In this document: one piece after another, positions 43,501 to 53,976 of the stretch
Numbering within the stretch: position 1 is the stretch's first letter
Layout: each line of letters starts with the position of its first letter
Source: an uncultured Collinsella sp.
GTDB lineage: Bacteria > Actinomycetota > Coriobacteriia > Coriobacteriales > Coriobacteriaceae
NCBI GenBank assembly: GCA_902470915.1
Contig: CABRIB010000001.1
Span: 551 to 64,550 of the forward strand
Reading direction: 5' to 3'
Length of the DNA: 64,000 nucleotides
Made by a program: the position numbers and the translations under genes
Notes under the pieces: model-generated
Database searches by the model: none
What the model was told of the DNA's origin: nothing
The model's input: the letters and a program-made list of their open reading frames with translations, nothing else

Positions 43501-44535
43501 TTAGCGCGCGACGCGGGTGCCACCGTCGGCGGCGGATGCCACGGCTGCGATCTCGTCTGCGGTCACCAGGTTGGAATCGCCCTTGATGGTGAGCTTGAGG
43601 ATCGAGGCCGCAATCGCGTAGTTGACGGCGTCCTGCGGGGCAAAGTCGTTGATGAGGGCATGGACGAGGCCGGCGTTGAAAGCGTCGCCGGCGGCAACGC
43701 CCTCGAGCACGTGCACGTCGTGAGCAGGGGAGAACCAGTGCTCGCCGCTCTCGGCATCAAAGAGCATGCCCATCCAAATGGAGCGCTCGACGCAGGAGAT
43801 GTTGCGGACGACCGAGGCGACCTTCTTGCAACCGTACTCGGCGCAGATCTGACGGGCCATCTCGACGTAGGTGTCGCGTTCCTCGATGCCGTGGGCAAGG
43901 GAGCCGGAGACGCAGGTCATACCGAGGCCGGCAGGAGCGTCCTCGTCGTTGGCAATGCAGATGTCAACGAGCGGCAGGAGTTCCTTCATGGTGGCCTGCG
44001 ACTTCTCGGGCGACCACATCTTGCCGCGATAGTTCACGTCGCACACGGTGGTGATGCCTTTGGCGCGGCAGGCGGTGAGGGCATCCTTGCAGGCGGCGGC
44101 CATCTCGTCGGAGACGGCGGGCGTCACGCCGGAGAAGTAAAAGACATCGACACCCTTGAGGATCTCGTCCCAGTCAAAGACGTCGCGCTTGGCCATGTTG
44201 ATGGCAGAGTACTTGCGGTCGTAGACGCAGCCGTTGCCGCGCTGCGAGGCGCCGACCTCAAACACATAGGAGCCAAGACGGTCGCCCTGGCGCACGACGC
44301 GCGAGGTATCGACGTCGTAGACCTTCAGCGAACGCAGGGCGCACTCGCCCAGACGGTTGGCCGGGACAACGGAGACGTAAGCTGCCTTGTCACCCTGGTA
44401 GGCCAGGGAAAGCGCGGTGTTGGCCTCGGCGCCGCCGTAGCGGACATCAAACTCGGTCGCCTGCTCAATGCGCAGATGGTCTTTGGGCGAGAGCCTCATC
44501 ATGATCTCGCCGAAGGTAAGAACCGTTTTACCCAT
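43501..44535 (-). CDS. kdgK: 2-dehydro-3-deoxygluconokinase (PfkB family)
   Basis: The PfkB N-terminus VLTFGEIMMRLSP and GGAEANTA are typical of KdgK. ATG 44535 follows GAAGGAG. Confidence 0.9.
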   Translation of the reverse strand: MGKTVLTFGEIMMRLSPKDHLRIEQATEFDVRYGGAEANTALSLAYQGDKAAYVSVVPANRLGECALRSLKVYDVDTSRVVRQGDRLGSYVFEVGASQRGNGCVYDRKYSAINMAKRDVFDWDEILKGVDVFYFSGVTPAVSDEMAAACKDALTACRAKGITTVCDVNYRGKMWSPEKSQATMKELLPLVDICIANDEDAPAGLGMTCVSGSLAHGIEERDTYVEMARQICAEYGCKKVASVVRNISCVERSIWMGMLFDAESGEHWFSPAHDVHVLEGVAAGDAFNAGLVHALINDFAPQDAVNYAIAASILKLTIKGDSNLVTADEIAAVASAADGGTRVAR

Positions 44536-44578
44536 GGTCGCGCAGCTCCTTCTTGCTCGTGCGTACACCTTTGATATG

Positions 44579-44636
44579 GCGTTGGCACGGAGGTGCCAAG
44601 ACGGTAGGGTGCATCTTTGCACCTCCGTGCCAACGC
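44579..44636 (-). promoter_or_regulatory. Leader hairpin: 18-bp perfect stem with a conserved 22-nt loop (copy 2)
   Basis: GCGTTGGCACGGAGGTGC - caagacggtagggtgcatcttt - GCACCTCCGTGCCAACGC. Six stem positions differ from copy 1, and all are compensated. Confidence 0.6.
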
Positions 44637-44652
44637 TTGCCGAAATCGGTTT

Positions 44653-44668
44653 ACGAAATCGGTTTCGT
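44653..44668. promoter_or_regulatory. LacI-type operator ACGAAATCGGTTTCGT (copy 2) in the kdgK / lacI divergent region
   Basis: It is preceded by the partial repeat CGAAATCGGTTT (44641-44652). The palindromic AGTATACT (44679-44686) could give a -10 box on both strands. Confidence 0.55.
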
Positions 44669-44770
44669 TTCGAGTTGTAGTATACTCACCTACAGCGTTT
44701 TGCAAGCGAGATTTTTAAAAAAATGCCTAAAATGGCTCAGACTGCCGACAATTGGGAAACGGGGTGCGCT

Positions 44771-45793
44771 ATGGCGCAGATGAGGATTAAGGACATTGCT
44801 GCCGAGGCGGGCGTGAGCCCGGCCACGGTCTCGCGCTATCTCAACAACCGCCCCGGGCAGATGACCGAGGAAACCCGTGCTCGCATCGCGGCAGTTATCG
44901 AGCGCACCGGCTATCGTCCACGTGCCGCCGCGCGCAATCTGCGCAGCTCGCGTACCAACCTCATCGGCGTGATCTTGGCCGACATCGCCAACCCGTTCTC
45001 CAGCGCCATGCTCGAAGGGCTTTCCGCTAGTGCCGCCGCGCGCGGCTGCTCGCTTATGACTGCCATTAGCGGCAATGATTCCGCCAAGGAAGCAGAGTCG
45101 CTCACCAGACTTATCGATGCCGGCGTGGACGGCCTGGTCGTCAATACCTGCGGAGGCAACGACAAGGCGATCGCCGCGGCTGCGGGACGCCTGCCCGTCG
45201 TGCTGCTCGACCGCGATGTTGCCGACGGCGGTGTCGATCTGGTGACCTCCAACAACCGTGAGCTGGTCGCCGGCCTGGTAGACGCCTTGGCCTCTGCGGG
45301 CAGCGAGCGCCTGTGCCTGCTCACCGAGGCAAGCGACGACAGCCCCGTGCGTCGCGAACGCGCCGAGGCGTTTGCCGACGAGCTCTCGCGCCGCGGCCTG
45401 GCCGGCGAGGTCGTCACCTTGGCGGACGGTGGTGTCGAGGGTGTCAGTCGCCTGGACGAGACCATCCGCGGCTATGCGGGTAAAAAGCTCGGCCTCATTG
45501 CCGTCAACGGCTTGGTTTTCCTGCGCCTGACCGAGGCGCTGGCCCAGCTGGGGCCCTCGTTGCCGGCGGGTCTCAAGATCGCAACGTTTGACGACTATCC
45601 CTGGAACCACGTGCTCTTTGGCGGTGTGACCACGGCCGCGCAAGACACCCTTACCATTGCCGAGCGCGTAGTCGAGCGCCTGTCCGAGCGCATCGACGTC
45701 GTTACCACTACGGTGGGCGATGCCGCAAAGCTCGCCCCCAAGCGCATCGAGATCCCCGGCCACATCGAACACCGCGCCTCGACCTCGCGCTAG
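44771..45793 (+). CDS. LacI-family transcriptional regulator (candidate KDG-branch regulator)
   Basis: HTH MRIKDIAAEAGVSPATVSRYLNNRPG plus a sugar-binding fold. It is divergent from kdgK-eda. Confidence 0.9.
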   Translation: MAQMRIKDIAAEAGVSPATVSRYLNNRPGQMTEETRARIAAVIERTGYRPRAAARNLRSSRTNLIGVILADIANPFSSAMLEGLSASAAARGCSLMTAISGNDSAKEAESLTRLIDAGVDGLVVNTCGGNDKAIAAAAGRLPVVLLDRDVADGGVDLVTSNNRELVAGLVDALASAGSERLCLLTEASDDSPVRRERAEAFADELSRRGLAGEVVTLADGGVEGVSRLDETIRGYAGKKLGLIAVNGLVFLRLTEALAQLGPSLPAGLKIATFDDYPWNHVLFGGVTTAAQDTLTIAERVVERLSERIDVVTTTVGDAAKLAPKRIEIPGHIEHRASTSR

Positions 45794-45835
45794 TTTGTGT
45801 GATAATATATAGACAATGTCATACAGGAGGTATCC

Positions 45836-46330
45836 ATGGCTGCGTCTGTACTGAGTGTACGAGTGGACTCGTCAATTAAAGATTCATTTGCCGAGCTATG
45901 CGAAGAACTCGGCATGACTTCGTCTGTAGCGGTCAATATGTTTATGAGGCAGATGCTGCGCGAGCGCTCGCTGCCGTTTGTTCCTTCACTTGGCAAAAAC
46001 TCTGCGAGCGAAAACGTCGCCGCAGACATTTTGGATACTGCTCAGATTGAGTCAGCCGTCCGTGAGGCGGCCAGCTCGATTCCCGCCATCAAAACCGTGA
46101 TTCTTTTTGGCTCGTATGCCCGTGGCGAGGCACGCGCCGATAGTGATATTGACTTGCGTCTCGAAGTCGATCGCGATCAGGGCTTTGGCCTTTTCGCGTT
46201 GTCGGCGTTTGGTGAGGCGGTGCGCAAAGAAACCGGGAGGCAGGTTGACCTCGTCTCGAGTGATCATCTTGATGACGATCTTGCCGCGGTAATCGAGCGC
46301 GAAGGAGTGATCCTTTATGATCGCGCGTAA
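45836..46330 (+). CDS. MNT-type nucleotidyltransferase antitoxin with an N-terminal RelB/DinJ-like ribbon-helix-helix domain
   Basis: N-terminus: LSVRVDSSIKDSFAELCEELGMTSSVAVNMFMRQMLRERSLPF (DinJ/RelB pattern). C-terminus: ILFGSYARGEARADSDIDL (minimal nucleotidyltransferase GS...DxD). Confidence 0.8.
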   Translation: MAASVLSVRVDSSIKDSFAELCEELGMTSSVAVNMFMRQMLRERSLPFVPSLGKNSASENVAADILDTAQIESAVREAASSIPAIKTVILFGSYARGEARADSDIDLRLEVDRDQGFGLFALSAFGEAVRKETGRQVDLVSSDHLDDDLAAVIEREGVILYDRA

Positions 46331-46688
46331 GTCAGACTGTCTCCGCGCCCAAGAGGTCTTGGAGGCCATCGCTGAAACGAACGAGCGCATCAAGGCTTTT
46401 GGTATCACCGAGGACCAGTTTCTGCATGCGAATGACGTGCGGACGAGGGCGTTGGCGGACTCCCTTTTGATGTGCGCGCTTAGGGTGACGGAAGAAGCGG
46501 GCAAGTTGTCGGAACGCTCGCAGCGGCTTCATCCCGAAATTGAGTGGCGTGGAATTATCGGCATGAGAAATTACCTCGCGCATGATTACGGCAATGTCGA
46601 CCGATCGGTTGTTTGGGATGCGGTGACGATGGAGTTCCCGGCGCTGGAACGAGCGTGTAGGCAAATTGTTTCCGAATCCGAGCGATAA
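46317..46688 (+). CDS. HepT-like (DUF86) RNase toxin
   Basis: Rx4HxY motif RNYLAHDY. It overlaps the MNT gene by 14 nt. Confidence 0.85.
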   Translation: MIARKSDCLRAQEVLEAIAETNERIKAFGITEDQFLHANDVRTRALADSLLMCALRVTEEAGKLSERSQRLHPEIEWRGIIGMRNYLAHDYGNVDRSVVWDAVTMEFPALERACRQIVSESER

Positions 46689-46821
46689 TCACTTGTCATA
46701 CCAGCCTGTTCGCGCACGTTTTTTGAGCGCTTGATACGCTTTAACCCTGCGGAAACATTTTTCTGCGATAGTATCTGCGATATAGACCAGTCGAAACCCG
46801 CCCGAAAGAAAGGGGAGCGAC

Positions 46822-48159
46822 ATGAACCAGCAGAACATCGATTACGTACTCCGCTCCGTAGAGCAGCGTGATATCCGCTTTGTGCGTCTGTGGTTTGTCG
46901 ACATTCTCGGCCGCCTCAAGAACTTTGCCATTAGCCCCGAGGACCTCGAGGTCGCTTTTGAGGAGGGTATTGGCTTTGACGGCTCCGCTATCGAGGGCTT
47001 TGCCACGCCCGAGGAAGCCGACATGCTGGCGTTCCCCGATGCCTCGACCTTCCAGATTTTGCCGTGGCGCCCGAGCCACAACGGCGTCGCCCGCGTGTTC
47101 TGCGATGTGTGCACTCCCGATCGCAAACCGTTCGCCGGCGACCCGCGCGATGCCCTGCGCCGCATGTTCCGCAAGGCCGAGAAGGCCGGCTATCTGCTCA
47201 ACGTGGGCGCCGAGCTGGAGTATTACTACTTCCCCGACGAGCACACCCCCGAGCCGCTCGACAACGTGGGCTACTTCGATCTTTCGGTGAGTGATGCCGC
47301 CCGCGACCTGCGCCGCAACACGGTTCTCACGCTCGAGAAGATGTCCGTGCCCGTGGAGTACACCTTCCATGCCGCTGGCCGCTCGCAGCACGGCATGAGC
47401 CTGCGTCACGCCGAGGCCCTGAGCATGTCCGACGCCATCACCACGGCCAAGCTCATCATTAAGCAGCAGGCATACGAGAGCGGTTGCCACGCCTCCTTTA
47501 TGCCCAAGCCGTTGGCGGGCGAGGACGGCAGCGCTATGTTCCTGTGCCAGTCGCTGTTCGACCATGACGGCAACAACGTCTTTTGGGGCGAGGACGACGA
47601 GAAGTACCATCTCTCTGATATCGCCAAGCACTACATGGCCGGCATCCTGGCGCACGCGCGCGAGATCAGCGCTATCACTAACCCCACGGTCAATTCGTAC
47701 AAGCGCATCACCACGGGCGGCGACTCTGTGCCGCAGTACGCCACGTGGGGTCTGCGCAACCGTGCGAGTATGGTCCGCATCCCGGTCTACAAGCCCGGCA
47801 AGCAGCTGTCCACGCGCATCGAGCTTCGCAGCCCCGACCCCATGGCCAACCCGTACCTGGTCAACGCCGTTACGCTGGCGGCTGGTCTCGACGGTATCGA
47901 GCGCAAGCTGGAGCTCCCGCCCGAGGCCACGGCCGAGACGCTCAAGCTTACCGACCGTCAGATGGTCGAGGCCGGCTACACTCCGCTGCCGCGCTCGCTC
48001 AAAGAGGCGCTCGACGTGTTTGAGGACTCGCAGTTTATGAAGGATGCCCTCGGCGAGCACATCCACAGCTTCTTTCTCAAAAAGAAGCGCGACGAGTGGC
48101 ATAAGTTTGAGTCCACGATCACCGAGTGGGAGATTAAGCACTACCTGGCGAACTCCTAA
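46822..48159 (+). CDS. glnA: Glutamine synthetase, type I
   Basis: 445 aa with a GS beta-grasp and catalytic domain (FVDILGRLKNF, FDGSAIEGF, NPTVNSYKR, RIELRSPD). Confidence 0.95.
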   Translation: MNQQNIDYVLRSVEQRDIRFVRLWFVDILGRLKNFAISPEDLEVAFEEGIGFDGSAIEGFATPEEADMLAFPDASTFQILPWRPSHNGVARVFCDVCTPDRKPFAGDPRDALRRMFRKAEKAGYLLNVGAELEYYYFPDEHTPEPLDNVGYFDLSVSDAARDLRRNTVLTLEKMSVPVEYTFHAAGRSQHGMSLRHAEALSMSDAITTAKLIIKQQAYESGCHASFMPKPLAGEDGSAMFLCQSLFDHDGNNVFWGEDDEKYHLSDIAKHYMAGILAHAREISAITNPTVNSYKRITTGGDSVPQYATWGLRNRASMVRIPVYKPGKQLSTRIELRSPDPMANPYLVNAVTLAAGLDGIERKLELPPEATAETLKLTDRQMVEAGYTPLPRSLKEALDVFEDSQFMKDALGEHIHSFFLKKKRDEWHKFESTITEWEIKHYLANS

Positions 48160-48209
48160 TCGCGCTGGCTTGTTCCAGTACGATTGAGCTCATTTCTTTG
48201 GAGGCCGAT

Positions 48210-48872
48210 ATGTCCGAAAAGAGTGCCCTGTTCATGGCGCGCACGACGCGCTTCCACGAGTTTGCCCGCAGCTTGACGACCACCCTGGGTGTCGAGGTGA
48301 GCCTGGCAACCCCCGATTCGCCGACTGCGGCGCACGACTTTGACCTGCTGATCCTCGACTCCGACGGCATCCGCAGCGACCGCATCGATCAGATCGCCAA
48401 GTGGCTTGACGATCGTGGTGGCGTCCCCATGTTGGTGATCGTTGACGACGAGGCGCTCGGTACCCTGCGCCTGCCGAATCACGCGCATGCCGACTTTGTG
48501 TGCCCCACAGCGACGCCCAACGAGCTCAAGGCTCGCGCGCAGCGCCTGATGGGCGAAGAGGAGACCGTTACCGCCGACGATGTGCTCAACATCGATAACC
48601 TCGAGATCAACCTGGCTACCTACCAGGTGACGCTCGATAACGAGCCCATCGACCTGACGCTGATGGAGTACTCGCTGCTGAGCTTTTTGGCGACGCACCC
48701 CAACCGTGCCTACAGCCGCGAAGTGCTGCTGCACCGCGTGTGGGGCTTTGAGTACTGCGGCGGCACGCGCACCGTCGACGTGCACATTCGACGCATCCGC
48801 TCCAAGGTGGGCCCGCAGATCGCGGCACACATCACCACCGTCCGCGGCGTGGGCTATCTGTTTAAGGACTAG
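48210..48872 (+). CDS. OmpR/PhoB-type winged-helix regulator with an atypical receiver domain (GlnR-like orphan response regulator)
   Basis: C-terminal wHTH (LTLMEYSLLSFLATHPNRAYSREVLLHRVWG...TVDVHIRRIRSKV...TVRGVGY). The N-terminus lacks the usual acidic DD pair. No kinase gene is nearby, and it lies next to glnA. Confidence 0.75.
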   Translation: MSEKSALFMARTTRFHEFARSLTTTLGVEVSLATPDSPTAAHDFDLLILDSDGIRSDRIDQIAKWLDDRGGVPMLVIVDDEALGTLRLPNHAHADFVCPTATPNELKARAQRLMGEEETVTADDVLNIDNLEINLATYQVTLDNEPIDLTLMEYSLLSFLATHPNRAYSREVLLHRVWGFEYCGGTRTVDVHIRRIRSKVGPQIAAHITTVRGVGYLFKD

Positions 48873-48876
48873 ATTT

Positions 48877-48913
48877 CCACCACAAAGGGGACAGGCACCT
48901 TTGTGGTGGTTTT
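48877..48913 (+). terminator. Terminator hairpin belonging to a repeated family (CCACCACAAAGGGG.CAGGCACCTTTGTGGTGG)
   Basis: 12-bp stem followed by TTTT. A near-identical 42-bp context occurs at 63205-63246, and a variant at 63928-63960. Confidence 0.8.
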
Positions 48914-49081
48914 GACGCAGGTACGGGTTCCTTTTTGGGCCTGCAACAGAACTTAAGCCTTCCTAAAAGATTGCGTTCTCATACACTTGCGCCCGCATAT
49001 TGGGGTACAACTCAACGTGAACAATGATGGCCCGCCACGTGTTTGGCGGGCCTTTGGTTATTTGACGAAAGGATCGCAGCT

Positions 49082-50536
49082 ATGAGCGAGTACGATTCCC
49101 AGCGTCCCCAGGATGCGGGCAATGCCGGCGAGACCCAGCAGCAGCCGCGCGTGCAGGTGGAGTCGACGCCTGCCGGCAGCAACATTCCCTACGTGCAGGC
49201 TTACGACACACAGACCGGCCAGCCGCTGGGCGGTCAGCAGGTTGTAAACAAGCACACGGTGGTCAAGACCAAGACCAAAAAGCTGCCGATCTTCATTACG
49301 GCACTCGCCGGCTGCGCATGTGGTGCCCTGCTGGTCATCGCACTCATTATGAGTGGCACGCTCGATATCGGTGGCGGCAAGAATGCCGTGACGGCGGGCG
49401 CTTCGGGTTCGTCGACGCAAAAGATTACGATTGATTCCGAGGACACCACGCTGGCCGAGGCCGTTTCTGCCAAGGCGCTGCCCTCTGTCGTTTCCATCAC
49501 CGCAACGTCGAGTGGCAGCCAGAGCAACGCGCTTTCGCAGTCTGCCGATGATTCGAATAACTCGGGCAGCGTCGGTTCGGGCGTTGTGCTCGATACCGAG
49601 GGCCACATCCTTACCAACAATCACGTGGTCGATGGTTACGACCAGTACGTGGTGACCATGGACGACGGCACCACCTACGAGGCCGAGTTCGTGGGCAACG
49701 ATGCCTCGAGCGATCTGGCCGTCATCAAGCTCAAGGACGCCGACGCCTCCAAACTCACCCCGATTGAGATCGGCGACTCCTCCAAGCTCAGCGTGGGCGA
49801 GTGGGTCATGGCGATTGGCTCACCGTTTGGCAACGAGCAGTCTGTCTCCACCGGTATCGTCTCGGCGCTCTACCGCTCCACGGCCATGAGCTCTACCAGC
49901 GGTAACACTATCTATGCCAACATGATCCAGACCGATGCCGCCATCAACCCGGGCAACTCCGGCGGCGCGCTCGTCAACGACAACGGCGAGCTTGTGGGTA
50001 TCAACTCGCTCATCGAGAGCTACTCGGGTTCCAGCTCGGGCGTGGGCTTTGCTATTCCCGTTAACTACGCCAAGAACATTGCCGACCAGATCATCGGCGG
50101 TAAGACGCCGGTGCACCCGTACCTGGGCGCCACGCTTTCGAGCGTCAACGCGCTCAATGCCCGCACCAACAAGCTGAGCACCGATAGCGGTGCCTATGTG
50201 GCGAGCGTCGTCGAGGACGGCCCCGCCGCTAAGGCCGGCATCCAGGAGGGCGACGTCATCACCAAGCTGGGCGACGACGAGATCACGAGCGCCGATGGCC
50301 TGATCATCGCACTGCGCAGCCACGAGGTGGGCGAGAAGGTCGAGATCACACTCATGCGCGGCAAGGACGAGAAGAAGGTTACCGTCGAGCTGGGTTCCGA
50401 CGATGAGCTGCAGAACCAGCAGCAAAACGACAGCGCGACCGACACCGGCAACGGCGGTATTACCGACGAGCAGCTGCGCCAGTACCTGGAGGAGCTGCTA
50501 GGCCAGCAGGGCCAGGGCAACGGCCAGGGTTTCTAA
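49082..50536 (+). CDS. HtrA/DegP-family serine protease with PDZ domain, membrane-anchored
   Basis: Catalytic contexts GHILTNNHVV, SDLAVIKL and GNSGGAL. One N-terminal TM helix, a PDZ domain and a Gln/Gly-rich tail. Confidence 0.9.
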   Translation: MSEYDSQRPQDAGNAGETQQQPRVQVESTPAGSNIPYVQAYDTQTGQPLGGQQVVNKHTVVKTKTKKLPIFITALAGCACGALLVIALIMSGTLDIGGGKNAVTAGASGSSTQKITIDSEDTTLAEAVSAKALPSVVSITATSSGSQSNALSQSADDSNNSGSVGSGVVLDTEGHILTNNHVVDGYDQYVVTMDDGTTYEAEFVGNDASSDLAVIKLKDADASKLTPIEIGDSSKLSVGEWVMAIGSPFGNEQSVSTGIVSALYRSTAMSSTSGNTIYANMIQTDAAINPGNSGGALVNDNGELVGINSLIESYSGSSSGVGFAIPVNYAKNIADQIIGGKTPVHPYLGATLSSVNALNARTNKLSTDSGAYVASVVEDGPAAKAGIQEGDVITKLGDDEITSADGLIIALRSHEVGEKVEITLMRGKDEKKVTVELGSDDELQNQQQNDSATDTGNGGITDEQLRQYLEELLGQQGQGNGQGF

Positions 50537-50562
50537 CGAGCCGTATTGCACATACCGATGCC

Positions 50563-50604
50563 AGAGGGGGCTGTCCCGCTAACGCGGGACAGCCCCCTCT
50601 TTTC
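50563..50604 (+). terminator. Rho-independent terminator
   Basis: AGAGGGGGCTGTCCCGC-TAA-CGCGGGACAGCCCCCTCT followed by TTTT. Confidence 0.85.
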
Positions 50605-50738
50605 GTAGTGATCCATTGGGGATGGAGGAAAACGGATCATGTAGAACTGGCAAGGGTATGGTTTGATCGCGCGATCCACCCCAGTCTGGCGGCTGCCGAT
50701 TCGGTGCGGTTCGAAAGGGTTATTCGGCCCCATCGTGA

Positions 50739-53015
<2,277 letters not shown>

Positions 53016-53039
53016 GGCATCGATAGCCAAATTGAAGAA

Positions 53040-53069
53040 CCGCCCGGAAGCACGATGCCTTCCGGGCGG
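53040..53069. terminator. Bidirectional terminator hairpin between ligA and merR
   Basis: CCGCCCGGAAG-CACGATGC-CTTCCGGGCGG. Confidence 0.6.
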
Positions 53070-53072
53070 TCC

Positions 53073-53921
53073 TTATTTGGACAGGGCAACGGGCACCGTG
53101 ATCTGCGTCACATAGGTTGCGGGGTCGTCGCTGATGATGTCGTCGATGAGGGCGATCTCGCGCGAGGGGCCGGCGGGTGTCAGGTTGTGTTCTCTCATGT
53201 AGCCGAGCAGCTGAGCGTAGCGCGAGCCCGCCTGCCCATGCGTGCCGCGGAAGCTTATGGTTAGGCAGCGAGCGGCGGGTCGCGTCTCAACATCGCCCAA
53301 GTAATCATCGGTATCGTCGAGCAGCAGAAAGACCTCGTCGTAACCATCAAAGTCGCCGGCGGCCAGGCGTTCGGGAGCGATGCCCACACCCAGATTGCCA
53401 AGATAGGCAAAGGTTTCGTGCTGTCCCTGCTGAAGCTGGCGGATATGCCATCCCAGCGAATAGGCGTCGGTGGGATTGACGCGCTCGTGCAGCGTGGCGC
53501 AGCGAAGTTCGGGTTCCTCAATTTCGCTAATGGTGTCGAGATCAGCATTCAAAGCGCCATGAAGCAAGGCAAGCCGCTGGTCAATCTTGCGCGACATGCG
53601 CTCCAGCTCACGCCGCTTGTGCTCAATTAACTCCTGTTGCTTGGTCAGTTGCCGTTGCATCAAATCCATATCGCGCGCAGTGACAAACTCGCGAATCTGC
53701 GCCAGCGGCAAGTCGAGAACGCGCAGGTTGCCGATGGTGTTGAGGGTGGAGAGCTGTCGCGTTCCGTAGTAGCGGTATCCACTCGCCTGATCGACATATG
53801 CCGGCTCCAATAGCCCCATCTGTTCGTAATGGCGCAGTGTGCCCACGCTCAAATTGAGCAGGCGCGCCACCTCGCCAATGCGGAGCAGGCCCTCAGTATG
53901 TTCACTTGGCATGTCGGTCAC
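53073..53921 (-). CDS. MerR-family regulator with a GyrI-like effector-binding domain (BmrR-like)
   Basis: HTH LRIGEVARLLNLSVGTLRHYEQMGLL, a coiled coil and a C-terminal GyrI-like domain. GTG 53921 follows GAAAGGAG. Confidence 0.85.
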   Translation of the reverse strand: MTDMPSEHTEGLLRIGEVARLLNLSVGTLRHYEQMGLLEPAYVDQASGYRYYGTRQLSTLNTIGNLRVLDLPLAQIREFVTARDMDLMQRQLTKQQELIEHKRRELERMSRKIDQRLALLHGALNADLDTISEIEEPELRCATLHERVNPTDAYSLGWHIRQLQQGQHETFAYLGNLGVGIAPERLAAGDFDGYDEVFLLLDDTDDYLGDVETRPAARCLTISFRGTHGQAGSRYAQLLGYMREHNLTPAGPSREIALIDDIISDDPATYVTQITVPVALSK

Positions 53922-53976
53922 AGGACCGCTCCTTTCGGTAAAAACAGGGGAGGGGCGCTAGGAATGCGTTGCCCCG

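Noticed and set aside
42314-44574. Plus-strand ORFs 42314-43384 and 43417-44574, opposite eda and kdgK.
   Set aside because: They are antisense to well-supported Eda and KdgK genes, and their composition is Gly/Asp/Ala/Leu-rich with no motifs.
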